Origin: Paraspadella gotoi
Taxonomy: Eukaryota > Animalia > Chaetognatha
NCBI GenBank assembly: GCA_051294375.1
Contig: CM119263.1
Span: 21,309,154 to 21,373,153 of the forward strand
Direction of reading: 5' to 3'
DNA: 64,000 nucleotides
Positions 13,276 through 25,778 of the stretch are shown in pieces. Both the position numbers and the translations under genes were made by a program. Position 1 is the stretch's first letter. Each line of letters starts with the position of its first letter. Below the pieces are notes generated by a model, which did not search any database, was not told the DNA's origin, and was given only the letters and a program-made list of their open reading frames with translations.

Positions 13276-16200
13276 TCAAACATTCGTCAAGATTCGTTCC
13301 AGAGGCGACTTTGATTTTCCCTCTTCTTCCTCCCCTTCCCCTCTTCCTCCTCTTCCTCCTCCGTCCAACTCCTTCCCGTACAACGCTTGTCGTCCCAAGT
13401 AAGCCTCTCGCTTGAGGCCGAGCCGGACGTCGTCGGGCACGTCGGGCACGACCCAGGCAAGGGCGTCGCGGACGAAGTAGACCACGTGTTCGAAGACGAG
13501 GACGAAGACGACTTTGGCCAACATCACGTGGAACCAGGTGGTCGTCCGAGCGTAGGAGGATGAGGAGGGGGAGCGGTAGTCGCGGTAGAAGCAGGTGCCG
13601 TTAGGAGGCTTTGGACGGGGGGTGGAGTGGATGGTTGTGGAGTGGAATGAAAGGGGATGAGATGAAGATTAGAATTATACCATGATGGAAAAAAAAATTG
13701 TCGCGGTTTGAAAATATCGGTTAATTTCATTGTTAAAAATATTTTTTGGCCATTAAATAGGTTTTATTATGTAATATGACTTCCTGAGGACTGAATAAAA
13801 ATATTATTTTCTAATAGCATGAAATTATTTATTGCATACAATTACTTCCAAAAGAGGTTGTCTCTAACTGTTTTCACCTCTTTTTGATCAAGAGGAATAC
13901 TAATATCATTATTAATATTATATCTCTGACATAATATTTTTTATCAGATTTTGGGCAAAAATTGGTTTTTGGCAAGCAGTAAAAAGGATTGATCCGCTAT
14001 AAAGTAAACCAGTGCATAATAGGATTTTGGATTGTTTTTCCCTTCAACAAAATCTTTTTTTTTTGGACTTGTTTGATACTTCGTTCAGATATATCCCTAA
14101 TGGTAAAAAAGTCCTGTTCTCATTATTGACCACAAAGTTGGCCAGAAAATTTTAACAATCAAAAATATATGCAACATGCAAAGAAGATTTTTTTCCCAAT
14201 TATTATCGTTATTTTACCATGATAGAGAAAAAAATTGTCGCGGTTACTTTCCAGCTATTTTTTGACATTTTAATTTGAAAAATAAAAAATAAAACTTACA
14301 TATCATCAACAGATATAAGACTGCAGCTCTCCTCGCACCATATTCTCCACCATGGAAGCAGGAGACTCAACCATCAGCAGCCTAGGCAGGAAACGAAGCC
14401 CACGAGGCTCACCGGACTATGGACCGAACAATAGAGGCTCTTTCAAGCTCTATGACCACAACAGGCCTAAAAACAGACTCAGTTTGGCAATACTTCAATG
14501 ATATTGAGAAACTTTGGCCTTTTGTGATTCATATGAGCTGTGTCTCATTTATGTACGACAAAAAATACAAAAATTCCATGCACTTTTTTATTAATTTCCG
14601 GTTCTTTTTTATTACTTTTTGAAAGGAAATTAACCAACTTTTCCAAACCGCGACAATTTTTTTTTCCATCATGGTACAAATCTCAAGGATCTTACAGTGT
14701 TTAAAAGCATGACCTATTTACAGCTCATTAACTCCTCAACCACCGCCCCTCACTCCCGCCCCCAACCTCACCTCCACGCCCCCCTCCGGCCGAGTCGCCG
14801 CCGTGAAACTCGTCGCGTTAAATTCTGAGAGGGAGAATCTCGTGAATCCGACGAGGGCGCCGCCGCCGGACGTGAGGCGAAAGTAGAGGCTTTCGACGAA
14901 GTTGGAGGTGAAGGCGATGACGAGGGCGTTGGTGATGACGGCGAGATTGGCGATCGAGGAGAGGATGGCGAACCATGCGCCAATGTTGCGGACGAGTTGG
15001 GGGCGTGGCCGGCGGAGACTGAGGGTTTCAATATATGGTTTAAAATAATTAAAGAAACGTTAAATACAGACATACAGAAATATACAGAGATATATAGTAG
15101 AGTATGAAAAAATCAAGATTACTTTTATAACTACTAAATTAAAATTAATATTACAATCATTCAAAAAATGAATATACTTTAAAATGCTACTTAAATGATA
15201 AATGTTAGTCATAATAGAATATTAATATATTTATTTTTTAAATAGAATGATACGTTTTGGTGAATTTGTTGGCGTCGAGTCTAATCTCGATCACGTTGTT
15301 GATGAGAGCGAAGACGGGCGCCAAGGGGAAGGCCGTGACAAAAAGAGTCACGAAACCGAATTGGATCACCTGAGGGGAAAGAGAGGGTGAGTAAAGGAAT
15401 AAATCACGAGACCGAATAGATGTGTTGATAAGTGGGCTGTTTGTTTATTTAATGATTAAATATTTTTTAAATTGGTTGTGCAAATTTAATAATTAAGCTA
15501 TATATAAAATCAAAAATCAACCCCACTGACTAACCATCTCCAAATACTCGTCGAACAGCCCCAACTCCCCGACGTCCGTCAGCGCCAAGTCGCTCTCCCA
15601 TCGCGTCTTCGTCTCGACCTTGACGCCACCGTCTCCAGTCACCGGCGCCACCTCCGCCGACTTGCGACGACAGCGCCACTCGCGCCACCAACTCCGAATC
15701 AGCGGAATTCGCGGCTGTAGAAATTCGAGAAAGTTCATGAAGATCTGTTTGCCGACCATGATTATGAACATTTGGATGAAGAGTTCGAGCAGGCAGCCGG
15801 CAGGGTCGCAGGCGTCGTAGCGTGCTGGGGAGACGGCCTGAAAAGGGGGTGAAGATGAGGGGGTTGGTGGAGCTACTTAGTGTCAACAGAGTAAATATTG
15901 TGAAAAAATCCTAAAAGAATAGTGATCTCGATAGACGAGAGGAGGAAATAAAGTAATAAAAAAAGAAAGAAAAAAATTTATGCGATGATAACCAATAACC
16001 AATAATTGATGCGATGATAACCAAATGATTGATGCGATGATAACCAAATGATTGATGTGATGATAGTCATTCATTGATGGATGATAATCATTCATTGATG
16101 CGATGATAGTCATTCATTGACTGGATGAATCATTCATCGTAAATAAAACAAACAAATGCGTGTATGAGTGAGAGTGAAAGAGAAAGAGAGAGGGAAAGAA

Positions 16201-17128
16201 AGAGAGAGAGAGAAAGAAAGAGAAAAAACGTGACGCAGAGGCAGACAACGACGATGACGACGTCACAAAGAAGTAAAAGCGATCCAAAATCGAGATAACA
16301 AACAAACTCGTGTATGAGTGAGAGAGAGAGTGAGAGAGAGAGACAGAGACAGAGAGAGACAGAGACAGAGAGTGTACAAACACTTGCGGGTTCGTGCGAC
16401 TTCAAAATAGGGAATTTAATTTGACACCGTTTCCAAACATAAAACGTATTCCGACTAAATCTTGGAGCCATAAAATAAATCCACAAAAATCTCGGATGTA
16501 AATTTGATATTTTGTATTGAGAAAAAAAAGCGGAATAAATGGCGATAAAAAAGTTTTTAGAAGGAAAAAAATAATCAGAGAGAGAGAGAGAAAGATAGAG
16601 AGAAGCTGGACAGCCGCTGGACCGCCGCTGCAAAGCTGACCTCTTTTAAAACGAATATGAATAGGGTCGAATTCCTTTCCTTTCTATAAATAAATATTAA
16701 AAAATAAATATTTTGGTATAGAGCCATATAAGAAAATTTTTGTACATTGAAAGTATTCTTAAAAATGTATAAATTTTTGTGTTTTCACACTAAATTTTTG
16801 ACTCACCTCATTGAGAGGGGCTACCCCTATTCAGAAGAAAATAAGAGAAAAAGAGAGCAACATATAATTAAATGAGAAAGAGAAAGTAACATATAATTAA
16901 AAGAGAAAGAGAGAAGCTTGACAGCCGCTGGAAAGCCGCTGGACAGCCGCTGCAGAGGTTTTTACACGAATCAGAAGAAACAGCAACGGAAAAAAGAGAG
17001 AGAGAGATAGCGACATAAAATTAAAAAAGAGAGAGAAGCTGAATAGCCCCTTTACTTGTCCATGAAACAGCAGTACCTATGGCGCTAGTGGTAGCGCGAG
17101 TTCCTCACAACATAAAGGATTCGGGTTC

Positions 17129-17159
<31 letters not shown>

Positions 17160-20100
17160 GGGAGTAGTCCTTGTGTGTAACGGCCGGTGAACTGCTCGCG
17201 TCATCGTCTTCTACATTGGTGAGCCCACAATATAAATAAATTTTTTTTTTTTTTTAAAGAGGGGGAGAAAGATAGCAAGAGAAAGAGAGAGAGAGAGAAA
17301 GAAGCTGGACAAACCCTGCAGAGCCGGAACTCGTTTTTAGACAAAGCAGTGACGGAGAAAAAGAGAGAGAGAGAGCGACATATAATTAAAAGAGAGATAG
17401 AGCGACATATAATTAAAACGTTTTTGTTTTGTAAATAAAACATAAACAAATATGAATATTGATATGAAACATGACAATTTCAAAGATCTTGATGATTAGA
17501 AGCCATATCTAAATTTTCAACTCCCTATGATATCACACTTTCTATAGCCATGATGGTAAAAAAGCGTGACGCAGACGCCGCCGCCGACGACGACGACGAC
17601 ACAAAGAAGCTGGGCCTTCGCTTAATCTCGCCAAGACGGGCCTTGGCGCCTTTACAAGTGTACAACTATCAAAAATATATTTATAAATTTGTTTGATTGA
17701 TATTTGACTTGGTAGAAGTTGAGTTGACAATCCGGTAAAGTGAGGCCACTAATTAAGCTTCACTCACCGACTCAAAGTCTGACTCACAACTCACGTGAAG
17801 CTCGTCGGAATCTTGAAAAAATTCGTGAAATCGTCCTTTAAAGAAGGCGATGTAAAAGATCGACGCATAAAAGTTGACGAACTGAAAGCAAAACATTTTG
17901 ACGGTAAAGGAATCTTCGTAATCCTTGTCAGTTCGCTGATTCTCCATCCGGGTCAACTTCAGGGCGAGGATCCCGTAGAACTTGTTGAGGATCATGATGA
18001 AGACGAGATTGAGTGTGGCCGAAGTAATCGTCACCAGGATCTTGGAATACTCCACCACCTGAAGGACCTAAGAAGAGGGTAGTAAATTTATGATTAATAC
18101 CCTATATCTAGGCTTAATAGTGAGTGCTAAATACTAGCATTTATTTTGGTTTGTGTTTCATTCGAAGAATGGGTATTTTTAAATCGCCAAAACAAAACAA
18201 ATACTTAAAAAATAGTTTGTTTAAAAAAAATTTCTCAAGGACTCTTCAAAAAATCAAACAAAAATTTCGTCTTTTATTTAATAAATTATCAGGAAGAAGC
18301 ACAATAAAAATAATTTTATAGCAAGATGCATATTATATTTTTTGTTCAATTTTTTTAACGAAAATTAATGCGGAGATGATAATCGATATCTCTTAAATTA
18401 ATAATGTATCTGAGGCCTGAGTTAAGTCGCCTCACTTATATAGATTGATCTATCGTTTTAACTCCATCCGAGTCATCAATCCGAAATGACCTTACCCCAA
18501 ATTCACCTCCTCACCCACTCGTCCTCACCTCTTTGTCCGTTGCTTCCTTCCGCAGCTGCCAAAACGCGACCCGCACGGCCCCGCGATAAACGATGACGCC
18601 GACGATGGCGACGAGGACGCAAATGACGGCGAGAACAACGACGGCGACGCCGGAGAGATAACGCGGTAGGCGCGCCCAGGGCGGGAAGTAGGGCTCGAGG
18701 ACGTGGGTGACTGGATTTCGGCGTCTCTCGCGACAGCGCGCCTCAAAATCGGGGCGGAAGCTGGAAAAGCGGATAAGGGATGAGTTGGGTAGGTAAATTT
18801 AAAACAAAATCTTACCCAAACAAACGTTATACCAACGTTATACCAAAGTAAATCAACCCGAACCAACTAATAACCATAAAAAAAATTTTAAAAAAACGGA
18901 AAAAAATAGCCAAAACTGATCCAAAACACAACCAAAACAAACAACTGACTTGCTCTCGTCCTCGAAATCCTCGAGGAGATCCCATTGATAGGCGATCCTC
19001 GCCTGACGTCTTTTCCAAAACTCGAGAAACAAAACTGACCAGACGGACATAAAGAAACAAAAGACAATCGTGAATTCGTTGTCGACAAGATGGACCAGTT
19101 TCGAGTAGAAGCAGGAATTCTATGATAATCGAGAAGAAAAAAAATTAAATTCCAAAATCCAAATGACTAAAAATAAAGAATGAATAAATACACAAATGCA
19201 AAATAAATCAATCAATCAATCAATCAATCGAACCTGCAATTTCCAAAAAGGGCAGAATGGCTCCCTGCACTGGGGACACATTATGAGATTCCCGTCGACG
19301 GAGTCATCGCAAATCTCGCGCGAGGCGACGGAGGATTCCAGCGTTGCAACTCCGTAAGCCGTCGCCGCCAGCCCCAGCAGCGCCGCGGGAAAGAGGAAGC
19401 GCGTGTAGAATCCCAACCAGGCGAAGTAGACGGCGACTTTCTCGCCAAAGTATCTTGGCAGATTGAAGAGACATGGACAATAGAGTGATGTGAAAATGAT
19501 AAAATTTTAGAAAATTAAAATTTAACATATAAAACATGAACATAAAAACTATTAAAAATACTTTGGTAAATTTATTTTTTAATTTTATACATTAGTGGTC
19601 ACCAGTGAGCTATATTTATATATAGTAATAAGTATATAATAGGCTAAAATTTTAAAATGCAAATTTTCAAATTTTAAGACCGATTTTCAATTTCCAGCTT
19701 AAAAATATAGTTTTTTGTAATTTTAACCTACTTAATAACATATTTTTTGAAAAAGATTTATATTCTTTTATCAACTTTTAATGAGGAATCTAAATCTGTT
19801 CTCAGAATTTAAAAAAAAAAATTTTGAAATTTTGACATTATATAAGGGTAGTACTATATACAAAATAAGCTGACTGGGCTACTATATTTATAAAAAAAAA
19901 TAACTACAGATTAGTATTCACTAATATGATAGTTTTCACGATATAACTGCTAAATTTCAATTCCAAACTTTCACTTCACCCTAATGGACAATCAGAATAT
20001 TTATCATTTTCAATTTTACTATGTATACATTCAAGGCGCTAAAATCATTCCAGAATCTTCTTCCTCTTCCGGAATCCTCTTCCTTTCTGAATTTTTATTC

Positions 20101-21924
20101 ATCTGTGATGATATATTTAAATAATAAATCGTTCCACCACATACTTTCTGACGAGATTCAATGGTTGCCGCTTGTAGAAATATTTGAAGTTGCCCCAAGT
20201 GTGATAGAGACGTTCACGGTCAGAGATAGGGACGCCGGAGAGCGTGGTGTCGGATGCTAACGACGCCGCGACGCCGGTCGACGGTGACGCCGGAGCTGGG
20301 ACGATGGCGGCGTTGAACGCCTCTCCGTCGTGAAGAGAGAAAGCGGCGCTAAAATCGCCGATGTTAATCAACTGTTCGATTCCGATTTTTCGCTCCTGAA
20401 AATCCGAGGTTGGGTTCAAAGATAATTATTACAAGGAAGACTTTTGACTTGAGCTTATACATAATTTACACACAATTAATACATTATACAGTAATACATA
20501 ATTTATACCTAATTCATATTTTTGATAAAACTATGGAGAGATATGCGATATTTGTAACTAATTGTAACAGTTTTTGATATTTAAAAAACAATTTACTTAT
20601 TGTACTTATTTTAGTTTCTCTATTTATTTCAGCTACATTACATAGCTCTATAGTCTATACTCATCAACGCCCAGGGAACAAAACAATACTGTAAAAAAAC
20701 GTTAGAATTTAGAAAAAGAATTAAAGGGTTTTCGGCGAAACTTAGTGATTTTTAAAAGTGATTTTGCGTCTCGTATCGTCAGCGCCTCGCATCGCATCGC
20801 GCCATCTCATATCTCTCGTCTCTGTAGCGTCGCCGTTTTACCTTACCCTACCAACGTATTTTTTACAGCAGGTTTTACTGTAAAAACAAATTTACAAGTT
20901 AAAACTCAATTATAGATTGGTTTAAGAAAATACAATAATATGCAAATGAAATTAATCGTTTATTATAAAAATTTAAAACCAAAATCATCCCGGTGAAGTC
21001 AACGGCCAACATCCTAAAAAACTCCGCCCATGCCTTACCTTTTCCTCCTCTTGGTAAGGTGCCCTCGCCAAGGCGTCGTACACCAGCCGCACCCGCTGAG
21101 CCGACGAGAAAAAGTTTTCTTCGTCGAGAATCCGGAAAACGTCGGCATTTTGTCGATCAAAAGCGAGGGTGTAATAGTCGGTCTCGCGCTCCTCGGGAAC
21201 GAGGCGCGGGTCCACGTCGAAGGCCGCGTCGATTCGCCGCAGCGCGCGACGGATGGCCTCGCGGCAAAGCAGCGCGCTGCAGCAGCACTCTTCCGCTTGA
21301 ATGAGGTCGTCGTCGAATATGGCGTCGTCGTCGGAGAGACGAATCGGCATCTTCAATCGGAGCATCTCCGCGCGGAGGCAGAGGACCTTGAACGTAAGTT
21401 AAATGTGAATTTTTTTTGTGTGTGTGTCGACCTGCATTGTGAACTCGCTGCGATTACACCCGTACCGTATCCGAATGCGATGAGGTCAATCTCGCCCATC
21501 CACATCCTCATCTCACCTCAAAAGGCGCGTGGACTTTGACGAACTCTTCGCCCGTCTCTGCCTTCGCCGACTCCACCTGAAGCCCGAAGCGGCTCGTCAA
21601 CGTCTCCAGAAAAAAACGGCGTCGTCTGCTTCTCTTCTTTTCCTCTTCCTTGTTGTTATCTTTTATGAAAACCAAAATGTAATCGATCTTTCGAACCCCG
21701 TCGTCGAAACGAACGCCGGTTTTGACTGCGTCGGGGGCGCCTTTGCCGACAGTGGCGGCGCCTGTGATGCCATCAACGGCGTCGGAAAGAAGTTGTGCGG
21801 GAAGATCAAAGTCGCTGCGGTAAGGGTCGTCGAGGGAGGCGGCGTCGCGAGATGCGGCGTCGTCGGCGTCGTCCGCGAGGTATGCAGCGTTGAATTGGGC
21901 GCCGCCGCCCGCCTGACGAGACAT
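13276..21924 (-). CDS. Anoctamin/TMEM16 family Ca2+-activated channel/scramblase, 11 coding exons, ~965-975 aa, nested in Epac intron 3
   Basis: Exons 21924-21517, 21386-21039, 20395-20145, 19453-19234, 19119-18950, 18760-18529, ~18058-17795 (alternative sites 18067/17768), 15837-15535, 15369-15254, 15018-14772, 13608-13276; all GT-AG and phase-consistent. Motifs [106 protein letters not shown]. Confidence 0.95.
13680..14674. mobile_element. MITE with ~50-bp TIRs and TA TSD, in the last anoctamin intron
   Basis: TA|CCATGATGGAAAAAAAAATTGTCGCGGTTTG..GGTTAATTTC and GAAATTAACC..AAACCGCGACAATTTTTTTTTCCATCATGG|TA; an extra internal left end near 14217. Confidence 0.85.
15900..17640. mobile_element. 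Composite family-B HINE-like repeat region in an anoctamin intron
   Basis: Reverse-complement similarity to 53110-54567 (ATTGATGCGATGATAACC units, GCGGAATAAATGGCGATAA, CTGGACAGCCGCTG blocks). Confidence 0.55.
17048..17229 (+). mobile_element. Degraded tRNA-derived element (A box TGGCGCTAGTGG, partial B box GGGTTCA), right end ..CCCACA
   Basis: Pol III boxes followed by a poly-A run; right terminus is the reverse complement of TGTGG as in the twister elements; no TSD found. Confidence 0.35.
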
Positions 21925-22338
21925 CTGTTGGGAAAAATCTAAATCAAAAACAAAACGCTAAGAAATAGATAAAATTATAAAAACTATAGACGAGATGAAT
22001 TATCAAATTATAAATATTTATATACGAACCTCAGAGAGTAACAAAAAATAACATTTTAAAATGTTATCGATAAAAAAATCAGCGTTCAGAAAAACAAAAT
22101 TCAGAAAAAAAAGGTCCACACGTCGGAACCACATGGAGCGAAGTGATGGACAGACGACTCGTGGTCGATCCGGAGTTCAGCATCTGGTTAATGATGTCCC
22201 GGATAAGATTTCTTCTAATCCGTAGGACTTATCTTTTCGATTCAAATGGACGAAATTTCATGTCAAAAAAATCTTAAAAGCATATAGGATCGAGCCTGCC
22301 TTTGATGATAACCAATTCATTGACGAGATGAGCCAATT

Positions 22339-22387
<49 letters not shown>

Positions 22388-22402
22388 AGAGAGAGAGAGA
22401 GA

Positions 22403-22441
<39 letters not shown>

Positions 22442-22623
22442 GCTGGACAGACGCTGCAAAGCCGGAACTCGTTTTTAGACAAATCAGAAGAAGCAGTGAT
22501 TTTGTATTGAGAAAAAAGCGCGGAATAAATGGCGATAATAAAAGTTTTTAGAAGGAAAAAAATAATCATAATTTTTCAAAAAACGAACGATCACGCAAGA
22601 GATCGTACAGAGAGAGACAGAGA

Positions 22624-22655
<32 letters not shown>

Positions 22656-22761
22656 CAGAGAGAGACAGAGAGAGAGAGAGAGAAAGAATATGGACGGACG
22701 CTACTGAGCCGGAACTCGTTTACTCGTTTACTCGTCGCCTAGTGACGGTAGTGAAAAAAAA

Positions 22762-22818
<57 letters not shown>

Positions 22819-22923
22819 AGTTGGACAGTTTTCCCGCCAACGAGACGCATTATTAGGTCACTCTCGTTTACATCGGTTATCCGTTGCCTCGCAACGGCGG
22901 CGTCATCTCGGTCAAGTTGATTT

Positions 22924-23570
22924 TTAGTCGGTTCTGCTTATCAGCAGATCCCGACTCTATAATTCACTTTGTCCGTCCGTCGGTCCGTCCATCCTACCTT
23001 AGCAAAAAACACCATTTACTCATGATTGGATGGATGGATTTGAATGAAATTTTGTGTGTTGGTAGGGAAGTGTGTGATTGAGCTGGATATGATGTTTCGA
23101 TGGAATCGTCCAAGTGGAAATGAGTTTAAATGGAAAAAACAAAAAAATATATTTCACTAACACCAATTGCTCATGAGTGGATGGGGCGATTGACTTTGAA
23201 TTAAGCTGGAAATCAAGTTTCGATGGAATTGTCTTAGTGGAAATGAGTTTAAATAGAAAAAACAAAAAACCTGTTTCATTAATTGATTATGCTTCTTTTT
23301 CCTTTTATATCAAAAGTAAATGCAGGATGTATTAATTAATGAAATAATTAATCAATTAGTCAATTAATTAATAAATAATTAATTAATCAGTCAATAAATC
23401 AAGTCAATCATTATTGGCATTATTCTCATCGTCGTCATTGCTTTTGTCGTGGTTAGTGACGAAAAGACCTAAAAACAAACAATTAATTAACTTGAATAAT
23501 TTAATTATTAATCAATTATTTACCGATAATGATCGTGGGCAGATCCGACATTGTTTGCTCAAACTTGTTT
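22924..23570. mobile_element. Family-A DINE-1/HINE-like non-autonomous Helentron
   Basis: Subterminal inverted repeat GTCGG(A/T)TCTGC/GCAGATCCGAC, short inverted repeat at one end, (GTCC)n microsatellite, terminus ..AAACTTGTTT, T-rich insertion site; four more copies in the window. Confidence 0.75.
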
Positions 23571-23579
23571 TTATACACG

Positions 23580-23812
23580 TATGGTGGACTAAAATCCACC
23601 AACCGTTCTTCAGCGGCCATTGGTGCCGGAGGCAAGTCATTCGCCTCCCAAAACAAAGGTCCGGGTTCTAGCCCGGTGGTCGCCTAACAGTTAAGAGGGA
23701 CCGGGCGCTTAACCCGCCTGTAACACGGTGTTACAGCCTGATCCGAAGCTCAGGGACTGCTTATATTGAACGGTTCTGTCACTAACACATAACAATAATT
23801 ACTGTCTCTTCA
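23580..23812 (+). mobile_element. Family-1 tRNA(Gly)-promoter + twister element, copy 2
   Basis: Perfect TSD CACG|TATGG...CTTCA|CACG; tRNA-like 23613-23683 (acceptor GCGGCCA/TGGTCGC, TCGCCTCCCA anticodon arm, B box GGTTCTAGCCC). Confidence 0.92.
23687..23760 (+). ncRNA. Putative type-P5 twister ribozyme (family 1)
   Basis: P5 CAGUU/GACUG; GG-GA-(C)CGGG; UAA-CC; GC; P3 CUGUAACA/UGUUACAG; P4 CCUGA-UCCGAAGC-UCAGG; T1 UCCG:CGGG; T2 GC:GC; predicted cleavage 23710|23711; P1 and P2 are minimal. Confidence 0.7.
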
Positions 23813-23939
23813 CACGTAACATTTCCGTTGCCATCGAAACGCGTTATTAGGTCATGTTCCTCGACATTGTTTACTCGTTGCCCCGCAACGGCCACGAAAT
23901 CAAGGTCAAGTAAGTTATTCGTCACTTTTTCTAAAAAAA

Positions 23940-24705
23940 ATCAATGAAAATCTCAGATATAAATTTGGGATTTTTGAGAAAAAAGCGCGGAATAAATGGC
24001 GATAATAAAAGTTTTTATAAGGAAGAAAATAATTAGAATTTTTCAAAAAACGAACGTACAGAGTGAGAGAGAGAGAGAGAGAGAGACAAAGAAAGCTGGA
24101 CAGCCGCTGGAATGCCGCAGTACAGACACAGCAGAACCTGAACTCAATTTTAAACAATTCAGAAAAGGCAGCGCATGACAAATATAACACATATATAATT
24201 TAAAGAAATAAATGAAAAGTCAAAAAATGTTAAAATGGTTTACAATTGGAAATTGTTACAATTTTTTCCTATCATAGATTGTAAAATATTTTATTTTATT
24301 TGTATTAAAATTAAGATATAGCTTCTCATTAAAAAGGTCTTTTGATTTGTAAATTAGATTAAATCATTTCTATTATAATGAGTACTATAATCTCATTTGC
24401 ATATTGCAGTAAATGATAATGAAGTGGAAATTCAAATAAAAAATCCAAATGTAATATAAAAATTTTAAAGCTATTTCAAGATGAGAAGCCATATCTAAAT
24501 GATATCGCACATTTCATCGTAATTCATAATAATTTTTATCTAAAAAAAAATGGTAAGTCCCAGCGAAAACTATAAAAGCGTAGTAGTTTTTATAAAAATA
24601 CAGCGTGACGCCGACGACAACGACGACGACGACGACGACGTTACACAGAAGCTCAACCTAAACTTACTCGAGCCCTCACCGGCTTCGCCGGCAGGCTCGA
24701 TAAAG
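23940..24705. mobile_element. Family-B HINE-like repeat (approximate ends)
   Basis: Terminal hairpin CGAGCC..CCGGCTTCGCCGG..GGCTCG and shared blocks with 53110-54567. Confidence 0.55.
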
Positions 24706-25527
24706 AATTAAGAACTTTTCCCGTCGAAGTTTGGTTGCTTAAATTTGTTTCCAAGATAAGTTGAACCGGGTCCTTCGCTTCGTTGTCATGAGCCGGGATG
24801 TATTTTTTTTTTTCAATTAAAAAAATAATCGTCAATATTCGATGAGAAATTAAGAAAAATCGTTACGCAATTATAATACCAACTGTACTTTGTAGTAAAA
24901 AGTAAAAGGAACCAGAATAAAATATTTAACTCCTAACTAAACTAATAACAGTTTTTTTAAAATACTTTTTAAAATGAAATTTAAATTTGGAAAATGAAAG
25001 TGAAAACAATAGACTCATCGGAAAGCGAGAAATCTGAAAGTCACAAAAGAGAGACAAATGAGGACATTGAAGAGCCAACACGAAAAAAGTAAAAAAAGTA
25101 AAAAACAAGTTTGAGCAAACAATGTCGGATCTGCTCACGATCATTAGCGCTATTTAATTATTTAATACAAACTATATAAACTAAAAAAATATTTTAATTA
25201 ATAAATTAATTAATTTTATCCGAAATGTTTTTAGATCTTTTCGTCACTGAACACGACAAAAGCAACGACAACGATGATGGCGACGACGACAATAATGCCG
25301 TTAACGATTGTCTTGATTGATTGATTAATTGATTAAAAAGTAATTAATTTATAAATAAATTGATTGATAGAATAATTAATTAATAGATAACTAAATAAAT
25401 TGATTGATTGAATAATTAATTGATTGAATAATTAATTGATTGATTAATTGACCGATTAATTAATTATTTATTAATTAATTAACTAATTGATTAATTCACT
25501 GATTATTTATTTGATTAATTAATACAT

Positions 25528-25778
25528 TGTGGCAGCAAGACTTAAAGTTGCCTCACTGCTGTCCATCCTCGTCTCAATGGCTGAGCAGGCTAAATCATCT
25601 CATTCCATCCGTGTGTCCCGGGTTCAATCCCTGGGTATCCCGGTTCTGACTTAAATGTGACGGTGCCGGTATAAACATGCCAGTGACAGGAGGCGGTCAC
25701 TGAGGGTCCGCAGCCCCTACACCAGTTGGTGAGATACCCCGCGCCCCGGTTATCACAGACTATCCTCCCGTTGCCATA
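25528..25778 (+). mobile_element. Family-2 tRNA(Gly-like)-promoter + twister element (solo-LTR-like)
   Basis: TSD ACAT|TGTGGCAGC...GTTGCCATA|ACAT; imperfect terminal inverted repeat; A box TGGCTGAGCAGG (25578), B box GGTTCAATCCC (25621); interrupts a HINE copy cleanly. Confidence 0.85.
25645..25725 (+). ncRNA. Putative type-P5 twister ribozyme (family 2)
   Basis: P2 AUGU(25655-58)/ACAU(25675-78); GA then CGG; short P1 hairpin; UAA (25672-74); GC; P3 CAGUGAC/GUCACUG; P4 AGGG-UCCGCAGC-CCCU; T1 CCG:CGG; predicted cleavage 25672|25673. Confidence 0.78.

Noticed and set aside
23613-23683. Functional tRNA-Gly gene or ordinary tRNA-SINE
   Set aside because: D and anticodon stems do not pair properly; conserved upstream extension, fixed 4-bp TSD and no tail argue against both a tRNA gene and a TPRT SINE
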